This document shows, piece after piece, positions 14,707 to 27,335 of a DNA stretch of 64,000 nt (within the stretch, counting starts at the first letter, position 1; every line of letters starts with the position of its first letter). Made by a program: the position numbers and the translations under genes. The notes below the pieces were generated by a model that was not told the DNA's origin, ran no database searches, and worked only from the letters and a program-made list of their open reading frames with translations. The DNA lies in NCBI RefSeq assembly GCF_009914755.1, contig NC_060926.1; one strand, 5' to 3'. The stretch is from the human T2T-CHM13v2.0 reference genome, Homo sapiens.

Positions 14707-17169
14707 AAGGAACTACTGAAGGTTAGGTCAGAGTCGAAATGCAAAAATACTAATTAGAGAATAATGTGAATACAACAGGAATCCTGTTGGTGTTCTATTT
14801 GTATTGTAAACAGCAGCAGTTCAATTGTTTTGTCAAAGCAATTTCAATTTTAATCACTGAGCTAAAGAAATGGGCAACACTGACTTCCGTAATATAGGTT
14901 CCACCTAACCATCTCTAACACCGCTGTCAAGGAGGACCAGTGTTAGGGTACATTATTAACAACCACACAAATTTTTAAAAGAAAAGAACACTCTTAGCAG
15001 CCTATGGTACTTTTAAATGAACTATTGCCTCTCATTCTAATTCTCACTTGTGTTGCCATTCTAAAAGTTTGAATTTGCTGAGGGTTATATTCTGGGTATT
15101 ATATAACCATTGGTTCTACTTGGCATAACCCTACTAAATGGTGCTTAGAGCTGAATTACCTACAGAAACTTTCTGGTTTAATTAGCATAAATATTAGTGA
15201 GCCCATACTTCTGTGATATAATTATTAAACCAACTTAATGATTCTCACATAAGGTGTGAATTTTACTAATGCATTCATAATCTATGCTTTGTAGCAACAT
15301 TTTTCAAATGTTTAAAATGCTAAATCTTCTCAATTTTCCAATCTTTTCTTGAATCTATTAGATACCTATAGTTACTGAAAAGCTGGGTAACAAATACACC
15401 TAGTTAGAAATGGCACTGCTTTATAAAAGGCACTCAAGACGAGACTATTTCTATACTTAAATGCTGCTGGCAAGTGAATTCCTTTGTATATAAATGAAAG
15501 ATACCATTCATTAAGATGAAAGACTTGTTTTAAGTGTGGTTCTTACATTTCATTCATGATAGAGTAAATGGCTTTATAATTACTTTAAAATTTAACTCAC
15601 TAGTATGTTAAATCTGTTCATTGCAAGATTAGAATCAACTGTTAGGGAAACTAATTTAAACAAGCCCTTCCTTAGTCTTTTGAGTCTCATATTTGCTGAA
15701 AGTACCTACAGCTTGCAGGATAAGGGAGTTCACGGACCACAGGGTGAGTGAACCCATGCACAAATTGCAAACTGCCCAAAGCTACAACATTCAGGATTTT
15801 CAGACCTTTAGTTTTCCAAGTCATAGAAATTTGTTACGAGTTCATCACATCTTTATCTAAATGGCAACTGAATTTCTTTAAAGATAGGTTTAAAAAAGGC
15901 ATAAAACTATGAACTATTATCCATTTGTGTGCCTCTATTTTTGCTTTAGAATTATGGAAGTGGACCCTGCGCATTTGGGAAACACTGTTATGCATACACA
16001 TGGGTGAAAAAAAATCTAATATTGTGTAAATTAAAATACTTTTTTTGAAGTTGAAAAGCATCCATTTGTTCTAAATCTATATATATTATGTGTATCTAGT
16101 ACAGAATAAGCTGTAACTTCTCATTGAGGAATCTTAGGTTTTTACAGATATGTAAAGCTAAAACAACTCTAAAGAGTAGACACTTCAGAACAAGAAGGTT
16201 CTGGTCAATGTTGAGAGCAGACACTTTCACTGAAGGTTCTGGTGAAATGTGGGTAACTAATTGCTCGAAATCTGTAATTTGCTATATAGTTAACTATTAA
16301 GTTAAAATGTCATTTACCATGCTTTTTACACTAAAAGCTTTAACTTTTCTGATAAAATAATATTTTAAATGTTCAATTATTACTTCTGAGGAAAGCTACT
16401 TCTAGCATTCTTTGTCATGATGTGCTTGTGTGCAGTAAGTGGAGCATTTTCAGCTACTTACCTCTACATTCTTCCAGTTTTTCAGTTTCTGATTTAGCTT
16501 ATAAAAGGCAAATGATCAATTTAATTTGATACTCAGAATTGTGTTTACCTTTAATGGACAAATATATGTCAGATACTTTGGGGTTTATTGATATGACACT
16601 GTGTGGTTAAACAACGCAAGTATGTCCATGTGTTTCTTACAGGGTACACTTGAAACTAGTAGTGTTTATGCAGCTCACTTATGTAACTTGAAAATCTGGT
16701 ACTATTGCATTCAGGACTGAAATCTTGGAGTTTAGGTGTCTTGTCTCTCATTTTGAAAGTAAGTGAAAGTTGAGAATGTAAAATCTATAAAGTTCATTTT
16801 TTTAACTAGGAAAAAAACACAAATTAATGACAGAAACCAAATTACAAATCCAAAAAGCTCAGAGAACACCAAGCAGGATGAATATTTTTGAAATATAACT
16901 AGGAATATCATATTCAAACTGTAGAAAACCTATAACAAAGATAAAATATTAAAATAAGGCAGAGGAAGAAACATATTGTCTACAGAGAAACAGACGTAAG
17001 AATTACATTGGACTTCTGTTTAGAATCCATGCAAGTAAGAAGTGTTGAAAAAAATTAGAATACAGTGGGTATTTATTATCCAAGTATTCATTATCTAAAA
17101 CTGCAAAGCAAAAATAATTGTAACAAGAACATATTCACTAGCAATCTGAGCACTCATGATATTAGTGAC

Positions 17170-17410
17170 TGTTCTGGAGAGAATTATGTCCCCCCAGAAT
17201 TCCTAACCTGAAGCCCTATCTCCCAGTGTGACTGTATTTGGAGAAGGAGCTTTTAAGAAGGTAAAGGTTAAATAGGGGCAAAAGGTTAAGGCCCTAATCT
17301 GTTAGGACTGGGGTCGTCATCCAAAAAGGAAGAGACACCAGAGATATCTCTCTCTCTCTCTGCCTCCCTCCTCCTCTCTCCCTCCCTCTCTCCCTCTCCC
17401 CACATGCATT
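17170..17410 (+). mobile_element. MLT1 (MaLR) LTR fragment
   Basis: gaattatgtccccccagaattc...gtgactgtatttggag...gccctaatc...aaaggaagagacaccagag. Confidence 0.7.
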
Positions 17411-17455
17411 TGTTAATTTGAGGTTTTTTGTTAGAACATATATAGTGGCATTTTA

Positions 17456-17850
<395 letters not shown>

Positions 17851-19389
17851 AAACTGGGATGTGTCCCTGTCTTTTAGGAAGATATAACTTTACCATTACT
17901 AAAATTGAGCCTCAGAAACATTAATCATGCTACACAAACTTAGCTGGAAATGGATACTGAAATGGAACTTTGAATCCAAGATGATTTATTTTGAATCCCA
18001 TGCTAATGCCGTTAACTCCTATAGACCCTTCTCAGGTGCAGCCAGAGACACACTAGCCCACTGATGGACGGACAGACGTGGACAGGGTCCATCTCACTAA
18101 ACCACCCACCACTGCCACAGCTGCCTACAACAGACACATCAGATGAGACTCCAGGCAAATACATAATTTTCACTGAGGACTTATTGGTTTTAAGAATAGG
18201 TCCTGGTGTAGAGAAGTCCCTCAACCTACTGTGCAACATGTTTTGAGAAGCGGGTAAGCTATATGTTTTGTGGTTTTGTTTCATAAATGCATCTACAAGA
18301 AGACCAGTATTGACTGAATGAAGCTTTTGTTTAAAGGGCTAAAATATGCTTTGTGGTTTTATATGCAGAAACTACTTTAAACCTAATGACTATTAATTGT
18401 ATCATAGCTTGTGATGTAGTCTGCTCATGGCTTTTAAGGTAAATTGTGCCATGATCCACTGCCATTCTAATTGCTTTAATTAACAAGTCATTACCACACT
18501 ACTGTTACATCTTAATTATGCATACAGACAGGTAGACTTATTTTACATATGTGAACTAATAGTTGTCAAAGCAAATGCAAATTGTATTCTGCAAGTAAAC
18601 TCTCTCTGAAATTTCTAGGGATGTTCTTTAAGTGAAATTAATATTCAAACTGAAGATTTTAGTTAAAAGAACTGAGTGCAGATTAAAGTCTTGTTGTGAT
18701 TTAAACATAGTCAAGAGTACAACTGTGATACTTCATGGAAGTTATGCAATAAAATGTCTCTAACCTGCAAACAAATCTATCAAGCAGACGGCACAGTACT
18801 GAATTTGAAACCAGAAATACTGGGTTTTTATATAAATGCTTCATAGATTTGTTTTATGATAAAGGGTACATAACTCTCCTAAACCTCACACCACCTCTTA
18901 AATAGGGACAGTAAGTCCACATCAACACGCCTGCCTTAGCTATTATTAAACTCTTACAGTATGATGTAAAGTGAAAGTACAATGTAACATCATTCCTAGG
19001 CCAACTTTGTCCAGTTTTATACAGAAACGTGCCAACTTTTCTGTTTGCAAGGATAATATCAAAGCAAACACCAGAAGGTTGTATCTTTGATGCATTTTTT
19101 CCAAATCATACACATAATAAACCAAAGACAAATGATGAATATTATTTCAGAAAATATAAAGTCTTCCCCTTTCTTCTTTTGCCAAGGAAGTCTAATATTT
19201 TCACCATTTTTATGCACACAATCAACTTTATTTAACCTGGAAGTTAATGTCTCATTGTTTTCATTGTTCTAAATAAACACCTTTTCCCTTGAGTATTGTT
19301 CTAAAAATTTTGAAGTCGTCTGAAAAATTTTGTTCTGATTTTTCACGGTTGTGTTGATGATATGCGAAAAGGAATACAGATGGTATTTA

Positions 19390-19610
19390 ATTATGAACAA
19401 GAAAAGGTGTTAAATATCATTAGTCATTAGAAATTTGCAAATTAAGACCACAATGACTAACACATATATATCAGAATAGCTAAAATAAAAATAAAACATC
19501 AAACGCTGAGGAGCATGAGTAAAAACTAGAGCTTTCACACATTACTGGTGGGAATGTAAAATCGTACAGCTATGCCAAAAAGGAGTATAGTAGTTTCTTA
19601 AGAAACTAAA
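19390..19610 (+). mobile_element. Old L1 (L1M) ORF2 fragment, cut at the start of the GC-rich block
   Basis: atcattagtcattagaaatttgcaaattaagaccacaatg...tggtgggaatgtaaaat...gtttcttaagaaactaaa. Confidence 0.7.
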
Positions 19611-21932
19611 GGAACTCAAGTCCCCAGGCCTGCAGTCTGGGCCAAGGTCACAGGCCCTGGATCAATCAGGATGGGGTTCAAGGGCCTTCCTGGGGCCATC
19701 CAGTGTTCAAGGTGCCCTTTGGTGGCCTCATCTGCCCCTCCGCCCCTGAGCACGCCCCTCTGTCCCTCCAATCCTCCCTGTCACAGGGACGTCTGTCACA
19801 GAGCCATGCCCCACCTCCTGCTTTCTGGAGATGCCAACTGCCCTCCCCATCTCTGGGTCCTGACCAAGGTGCTCTAATGGACACCCCCTGACCCAGGTCT
19901 CAGGGAGCTGCCAGCACGATGGGTCCCTAAAGCTGAGATCCAGCAAGACACATGTGGCCTGAGGGTCCCACTCTCTGGCTGGCAGAACCCAGAGGTGGGA
20001 GCACACTGGAGTGTCCTTCAGGGCATCTTCACCCCATGAGAGGGCTGGGGGCTTTGGGAGTTTGCAGCTGGCAGGAGTGAGGGCCCAGTCTCCTATCTCT
20101 GATGCGTCCTTGGTCAAATCCTGTGCCTCAGCCTGCAGGGCCTATCGTGGTCACCACATGAATGTGTTCCCTTAGTCTGGGAGCCCCAAGCAGGCAGCAC
20201 CCCCTGCCAACGACTTCAGGGCACCTGGAAGTGGAGGCTGAGAAGTCTCCCACTTCGCAGAGCTGGGCTCTGGCCCAGAGGCCTTCTCGTTGGCTCAGGT
20301 GGTCTCTCGGGCTCCTGGGGCCACAAATCAGGGGACAAACACGGGCAGCTCTGCTCTGCTCTGCCTAAAGAGAGGTGCCCAGTGAATGCAGGTTCCAGAC
20401 AAAAGGTGGAGCCTGGCATCCTGCCCTGCGTGTGGGCTCCAGCCTGCTGCCATCTGGGGAAACTGAGTCATGGCGAGGCTCGAGGATGTTTCTCAGACCA
20501 CACCAGTCCCTGAAGGTCCCCTGACCTCCCAATTTTGATGGACAGTAAGAAGAGGTTCCCAGGCCGCCTGCCACAGGTTCTGACTCGGCCTGGGTTAGGG
20601 TAAGTCTCCGGGCTGCTGTCCTCAAAAGCCCCATCAGGAGGCTGTGTCAGGCCAGGCGCACCGTGGTGACAGCAGCATGGACTGAGGGTTCTGGCCGCGG
20701 GAGAGGCCAGGACGGGGGGAGGTCAGGTCCAGGAGGAGGGCACTGGCCGGCACATGGTGGGGCTGGAGAGACCCTGGGCGGGGTGGTGGGAATGGCCCAG
20801 GAGGAGCTCCGGCTCCTGTGGCTGGAGTGAGGGTGTGGGCTGTGGTGGGAGAGGGGGTGAAGGTGGAGAGAACAGGGGCCCAGAGGTCTGTGCTGTAGGA
20901 AGGGTATGGACTTCCTAGTGAGGACTTTCTGGTGGGGGGCTCTCAGAGAAGAGGAGGCCGGAGGGGCTGGGGGTCCCCAGGACTGCATGCGCCAGGCAGA
21001 CGGAGGGGAGGCCGAGCCAGGAGCCGCAGGCTTCTCAGTGCCAGACCAACGTCGCCCTCCGCTGGCCGTGTGGGGAATCGCGCCTAGGCTGGGGCTCCCC
21101 TGGCCCCAGGTTAGGGGGACTCCGATGTGTCCTGGGGCGCTTCCTGCCCATCCAGCCTCCGCCAGGCAGCCTGGCCCTGAATGGCTTTGAGGGCAGCCTC
21201 CGCAGCACAGGACCTGCCTCCGCCCTGTGGGGCAGATTTGGGCGTCTGACTCTGGACACTTACCCAGAGGCTGAATTCAACTCCCCAGCGAAGAGCACAC
21301 TCAGACTCCCTCCCCGCTGTGCCCAGCCTGAGGGGACCCTGGCTTGGACTTGGGAGGAGAAGGCCAGAGGCCAGGGCCTGGCTCTCAGGCACTAGGTGCA
21401 GGAGAAAATGGAGCAGAGTTCCTGCAGGAACTGCCTCAGACTGCCCCCGAGGGGACCTGGCCTGGAACCCTCCCTGTGCTACCAGGCTGCTGTTGGGGCC
21501 AGGAGGGCAGGGAGAGCAGCCACCTGTACGGCATCAAGTAACACTATCAGTCAGCACACCCAACACCCACACGACAGCCACAGCCCTCTGCCCTGAGGTG
21601 GCTGCAACTGAGCAGAGTCTCCTGTCTTGTTCACCCTGAGCGCGGAGCTCCGCACAGGACAGGATCAGAGTGCAAACCAGGAACAAATGGATGAACCAAG
21701 GAAGGGGCCAGGGCAGTAGGTCCCCACCCACACCCTGAACCCTAAGGGTGGGACTCAGAGGCTGGAGACGGGCTGGCCCCAAGATCCTCTAAGTGACAGG
21801 AACCCTTGGCCACTGTTGATTGTCCCGAGGCGGGGACAGGGATGGTGGGGCTGGGGCTGCCTGGCCCTTTAAGAGGGCAGTTCTGCCCACCACCCTGAAT
21901 GCCCCTCCCCTAGCTACTGGAGAAGAGATCCC

Positions 21933-21982
21933 GTTTCTTGGCAACAGGAAGCTCTTGGTTTACACAGTGTCACCCAAGCGAC
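21933..21982 (+). promoter_or_regulatory. Candidate RFX X-box motifs in the TEKT4 proximal promoter
   Basis: GTTTCTTGGCAAC (21933-21945) and GTCACCCAAGCGAC (21969-21982), 125-175 bp upstream of the ATG; RFX factors are established regulators of ciliary genes. Confidence 0.55.
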
Positions 21983-22106
21983 TGGGAGCCGCGTCCTGCT
22001 CTGGGACTGAGCCGTTGGAGCTGCCCGGCTGACCGCACTAGGCTGACCGCAACCGGCTGACCACACACAGTCCTCACTCCCCTGGCCCTGGTGGGCGGCA
22101 GGCACC

Positions 22107-22604
22107 ATGGCGCAGACAGTGCCGCCCTGCGAGCTGCCCTGCAAAGAGTACGACGTGGCCCGTAACACGGGCGCCTACACGTCCTCCGGCCTGGCCACCG
22201 CCAGCTTCCGCACCTCCAAGTACCTGCTGGAGGAGTGGTTCCAGAACTGCTATGCTCGCTACCACCAGGCCTTCGCCGACCGCGACCAGTCGGAGCGGCA
22301 GCGGCACGAGAGCCAGCAGCTGGCCACAGAGACCCAGGCGCTGGCGCAGCGCATGCAGCAAGACTCCACGCGCACAGTGGGCGAGCGACTGCAGGACACG
22401 CACGGCTGGAAGTCGGAGCTGCAGCGTGAGATGGAGGCGCTGGCTGCGGAGACCAACTTGCTCCTGGCCCAGAAGCAACGGCTGGAGCGCGCCCTGGACG
22501 CCACAGAGGTGCCCTTCTCCATCACCACTGACAACCTGCAGTGCCGTGAGCGCCGCGAGCACCCCAACCTCGTGCGCGACCATGTGGAAACGGAGCTGCT
22601 GAAG
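22107..22604 (+). CDS. TEKT4: Tektin-4 exon 1 (CDS part)
   Basis: Kozak gcaccATGG; MAQTVPPCELPCKEYDVARN...VETELLK; 498 nt; GT donor at 22605. Confidence 0.97.
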
Positions 22605-24047
22605 GTGCCAGCACCCTTGGGTGGCCGGGATTTGTGGGCGCAGAGAGGAGGAGCCCCCCCCCCCCGCAGTTCATGTGGACAAGCCACGTGGCTGCTGCAA
22701 GCACGCGGGAGCCCAGCCCTCTGCACGTGAGACCCCTGAGTCCCGAAATCTGGCCCCTTAGTGACAGGAGGCAGCTTTGCCCCAGAAGACCCCTGACTTC
22801 CAAGCAGCTGTTTCTCCTCTCCTCCTCTAATCCCTTTGAGTCCTGGCACAGTCATCCTGACCCTGGGCTCCCTGGGCTAAGCCACAAGGCACCTCCCCAG
22901 AGACCCTCCCTCGCTGGGACAGTTGCTCCCAAGGTGGAAACCCAGGTCTGGGCCAGCACTGCAGGTGTGGACAGGTAAGGTGGGGTGGGCTGGGAGCCAC
23001 TGCTCCCATTCATCCTATACAGAGCCGGGGACACAAAGATCTGCACCCACAGGTCCCCTCTCCTCCATGTCCCCTATAACTTCCCAATCCACCCCAGCTT
23101 GTCTGTGGGGCAGCCCCATAGGGTGAGAGAGTAACTCAGTCCTGGCCCAGATGCTGGCTCTGGAGAATTCTCTGACCTCTCAGAGCCTGGGGCCTCCCTG
23201 AGAACCACTACAGGCCTGTAGACATTCGTGAAAGATGTGGGGTGGGGGCAGCTGGTCTCCTGCCATACCCCAAGCTCAGGCAAGAACCCTTGAGTCCCTC
23301 CCTCCCCTCATGCCTTCCCTCCTCCCTTCTTTACCCTTCTGCAGGCCCTTCCCCCTGCACTCTCTCAGTGCCTCAAGAACTCCTGCAGCTCCCGCAAACT
23401 CTCTGCCCGCAACAAGGGCACCTGCCAACTGATGGAGACACTGACAGTGCACGGAGAGGCAAACCCAGGGATAGAGGGGCGCAGGACCCGGGCCCTGGCA
23501 CACAAGGAAGTACCCAGTGGTTGAGGCAAAGACCCCAATCACAGAGAAAAGGCTTGTTCCTACACACAGCAAATTAAACTGGCCAGGCAATAAGAAGAAA
23601 CACAGGGTCCTTCTCCTGTTCTTGGTGTGAAGATGGCCTTTCCCAGCACAGAGCCCTGAGGGGCAGCCTGGGCGGGCATCTGGGCCCCCAGAGTTTGGGT
23701 CCTCAGGGGCTGTCCAGAGGCCAAGGGCAGGCCAACGTTCCCAGGTGCACTGAGTGAGCAGCAGCGATGACTCCTGAAGCCTGGGGCGTGGGAACTGCCG
23801 CTGAGGGACCTTCCCAGCAGCCCACAGAAGGCCCTGGAGGAAAACACCCCACTTACAACGCACCAAGGAGAATGCCCAAAAGCCCAAGATAAACCCAGTG
23901 AGAGAGCAGAACTTACACAGTCAGAGCTCAGGCCCGGCATTCAACTCCTTGTGGTTGCTCAGGTGTTGACCAAGGCCTGCAGCAGCTGGGCCTCCTGGGA
24001 TCCTCACCAGGGACTGGCTCTGGTGCTCAGGGCGTCTCCTCCCTCAG

Positions 24048-24118
24048 GAAGCCGAGCTCATCCGGAACATTCAGGAGCTGCTGAAGAGAACCATCATGCA
24101 AGCAGTGAGCCAGATCCG
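24048..24118 (+). CDS. TEKT4: Tektin-4 exon 2
   Basis: AG/GT flanked, 71 nt, EAELIRNIQELLKRTIMQAVSQIR. Confidence 0.96.
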
Positions 24119-24492
24119 GTGGGTAGAGGGCTGCCCAAGGGATGATTCCTGACCCTACCCACAGCTGGTCCTGGGGCAAGGCATTGAACGACAGGACCCT
24201 GAGACTCAGAGCCAGCAGGGGCTGCCCCAGGTCACAGTGGAGCGCAGGACTGGGTGGGGGAGGTTCCGGCGCAGCCTGAGGTTGAGTGGCCAGAGCCCAG
24301 TGCCACATCTGATCTGCAGCCTCCCAGCCTGGGCCGCAGCTCCTGGTCACTGCTGAGCACGAGGGCTGCCCGGGACAGGCCCACCCAGAACTCCCTCCTG
24401 AGGCAGGCATTGGGGCCCAGCCTGCAGCACAGAGGGTCCCCAGCAGGGCCCTCCCTGGGCACACATCAAGGCCCTGCCCCACCCCGCCCCAG

Positions 24493-24636
24493 ACTGAACC
24501 GGGAGCACAAGGAGACCTGCGAGATGGACTGGTCAGACAAGATGGAGGCCTACAACATCGACGAGACCTGCGGGCGCCACCACAGCCAGAGCACCGAGGT
24601 GCAGGCTCATCCGTACTCCACCACCTTCCAAGAGAG
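24493..24636 (+). CDS. TEKT4: Tektin-4 exon 3
   Basis: AG/GT flanked, 144 nt, LNREHKETCEMDWSDK...YSTTFQE. Confidence 0.96.
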
Positions 24637-25303
24637 GTGGGCCCCAGCTCTGCCCCTGCACTTGCCCTGGCTGTGGTCTCGCCTCCCTCTGCCTGGGGGC
24701 CCCAGCGGCGCTGCTTTCACCAGCCTGGCCCGGAGGCCCTCGCCCCCGAGGGCACTTGGGCAACTGTCTGCCCCTGGCATGAGCAAGCGACCAAGACCTC
24801 CTCAAATGTCCAGCGCGTGCACAGCCTGGCTGCCGGCAGACAGGACAGAGTAGGGTGGGGTCAGACCCAGGCGCTGGCAGGATTGCGTTTCCGCCCAAGG
24901 CCAGCAGAGGGAGCCTGACCACCGCCCACTAGAGGGCGGCAAACTCCTGGGAGCAAAAAGAGGGCGCGGGCGCTGGGTACTAGGGAAGGGGGGCTGCGGG
25001 GGCCGGAGGTGCTGCAGAGGGGGCCTCCGGGGCAGCGGTGCTGGGAACGGGGTCGCGGGGGCACGAGGGGACTAAGTGCCCGGGGTGGGTAGGGTGTGGG
25101 GGGACTCAGAGAAGTTGTGGCCAGGGGGCACTCGGGGGCAGGGAGCCTGAGGGACTGGGCTTTGTGGGGCAGCATGGGGTGCATCGGAGTCCATGCACGT
25201 CCTCCAGGAGCATGGGGCGCGGACAGGGCATGGGGGCGCAGCAGGGCTCCCAGCCTTCGGCAGAGCCTCCCCGACCCTCTCCTGGCTGTCCCCCGCCCCG
25301 CAG

Positions 25304-25526
25304 CGCCTCCACCCCGGAGACCCGGGCCAAGTTCACGCAGGACAATCTGTGCCGTGCCCAGCGCGAGCGCCTGGCCTCGGCCAACCTGCGGGTGCTGGTG
25401 GACTGCATCCTTCGCGACACCTCCGAGGACCTGCGGCTCCAGTGCGACGCCGTGAACCTGGCCTTCGGGCGCCGCTGTGAGGAGCTGGAGGACGCGCGGT
25501 ACAAGCTGCATCACCACCTGCACAAG
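25304..25526 (+). CDS. TEKT4: Tektin-4 exon 4
   Basis: AG/GT flanked, 223 nt, ASTPETRAKFTQDNL...YKLHHHLHK. Confidence 0.96.
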
Positions 25527-26115
25527 GTGGGGCACCCTGAACCCCGAAGACGGCCCCCTCTCATCACCTGGCCTGGGCCCTCAACACCTTTCTCCTCTGT
25601 CCCATTTATCCCGAGGGACCCCAGAAGCAAGTGTCTCCTCTCCGTAAACCTATGTAAAACCAGGTGACACTGGGTATGATCGACCGGTGTTGCCACCCCT
25701 ATGACTCAGCAGGAGGAGCTGTGGGGAGGATGGAGGCAGGAGGTGGTCTGGGGAACACTGACCGCCCGGGAGGTCCCCAAGAGTCCTGGCCTGGCAGGCA
25801 GGGCTCTGAATCTAGGGTCTCAGCGTGGCCTTTACCACCTCTGAGTCCCCAGTCCTTGAGCAGGATTCAGGTCCTGGTGACCACCAAGGATGGGGGTTCT
25901 TGGACCACAGCTAAGGGACAACAGGCTTCCTGACTCTCCAGAGCCCACTGGGGGCCCCGTGCACATTGTTCCCCTCATCCACGCCTCCCCAGGGCCACTG
26001 GTCAGGACTGCCCTCTGGACACAGCCCCAAGACCTGGGTAGGACCAGCCTGGTCTCGGCGTTCTATATACCCGGGCATGGGGGCACAGGCCCAAGGAGAA
26101 CTGTCCTGTCTGCAG

Positions 26116-26270
26116 ACACTGCGGGAAATCACAGATCAGGAACACAACGTGGCGGCACTGAAGCAGGCCATCAAGGACAAAGAGGCACCTCTGCACGTAG
26201 CCCAGACCCGGCTGTACCTGCGCTCGCACCGGCCCAACATGGAGCTGTGCCGTGACGCAGCCCAGTTCAG
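26116..26270 (+). CDS. TEKT4: Tektin-4 exon 5
   Basis: AG/GT flanked, 155 nt; contains the tektin signature nonapeptide RPNMELCRD. Confidence 0.97.
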
Positions 26271-27080
26271 GTGCTGCCTGGGCCTCTGAGGCAGTCCCAG
26301 GTGGCCCTGTCCACCTCCTCCCTGTGACTCTCTCCAATAAACACTCCAACACCCCGCACACACATCCCCCGCAGGTGCTGAGAGGGGAGGGAGACTTTGG
26401 GGCCACACACAACAAGCAGGCATGCCTTAAACACACAGACATACACATGACACTGGGCAGGTCATGGGTCGGGGGGCTCCCAGTGCCAGGGACCTGTGCC
26501 CACGTGGTCTCACCCCACCCTATGCTACCTCATCTTCCCGGGAGGAAGCTCCTTCAGACAAGGTGAGCTCCAGGAGGCCACAGAGCCAGAGAGGCCAGGC
26601 AGGGCCATTCCCTGCTGCCCTGAGGGTGCTGTCCACACCTCTGGTGGGAAGTATGACCTACGCCTGCGCTACAGGCATAGATGTGCCGTCCTTTTGTTTC
26701 CCTTGATAACGGATGCCCGGTGGCCCCTTCTAAGTACCTTTCTTCTTTCCCTGCCCCTCAGTTCCTTCAAGGAACTGGGGGCCTCCTTCCATCAAGTATC
26801 AGGAATGGAAAGAACTGAGCCTGGTCGGCTGAGGCCAGTCCTGTCCTGCCAGGGTCGAGATTGCACACGGGTCACTCATTCCCACTCAGGCCCATGCTCC
26901 CTGGGAGGACCCTCGTAATTTATGCTCTGCCCTAGAGCTGCTTTCCTGATGGGGTTCTTTCATGGAGTCTTCCCAGGACCTCCTGCCAGCTCCCATTGGG
27001 AGTTTTGGGTCCCCTACACCCCGGTAGGTGCATACTTCTGCCCTCCCTAGCCCCGGCTCACACCCCCCCAACACCCCCAG

Positions 27081-27297
27081 GCTGTTGAGTGAGGTGGAGG
27101 AGCTGAACATGTCCCTCACAGCACTGCGAGAGAAGCTTCTAGAAGCGGAGCAGTCCCTGCGCAACCTCGAGGACATCCACATGAGCCTGGAGAAGGACAT
27201 TGCCGCCATGACCAACAGTCTCTTCATCGACCGCCAGAAGTGCATGGCCCATCGTACTCGCTACCCCACCATCCTGCAGCTGGCTGGCTACCAGTGA
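27081..27297 (+). CDS. TEKT4: Tektin-4 exon 6 (to stop codon)
   Basis: 217 nt, LLSEVEELNMS...ILQLAGYQ*; six exons total 1308 nt = 435 aa + stop, with no frameshift. Confidence 0.97.
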
Positions 27298-27329
27298 GCA
27301 GCGGCACGGTGCTTCCCCCCAGTCCCCCA

Positions 27330-27335
27330 AATAAA
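27330..27335 (+). terminator. TEKT4 polyadenylation signal
   Basis: AATAAA ~33 nt after the stop, followed by a GT-rich downstream element. Confidence 0.85.
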
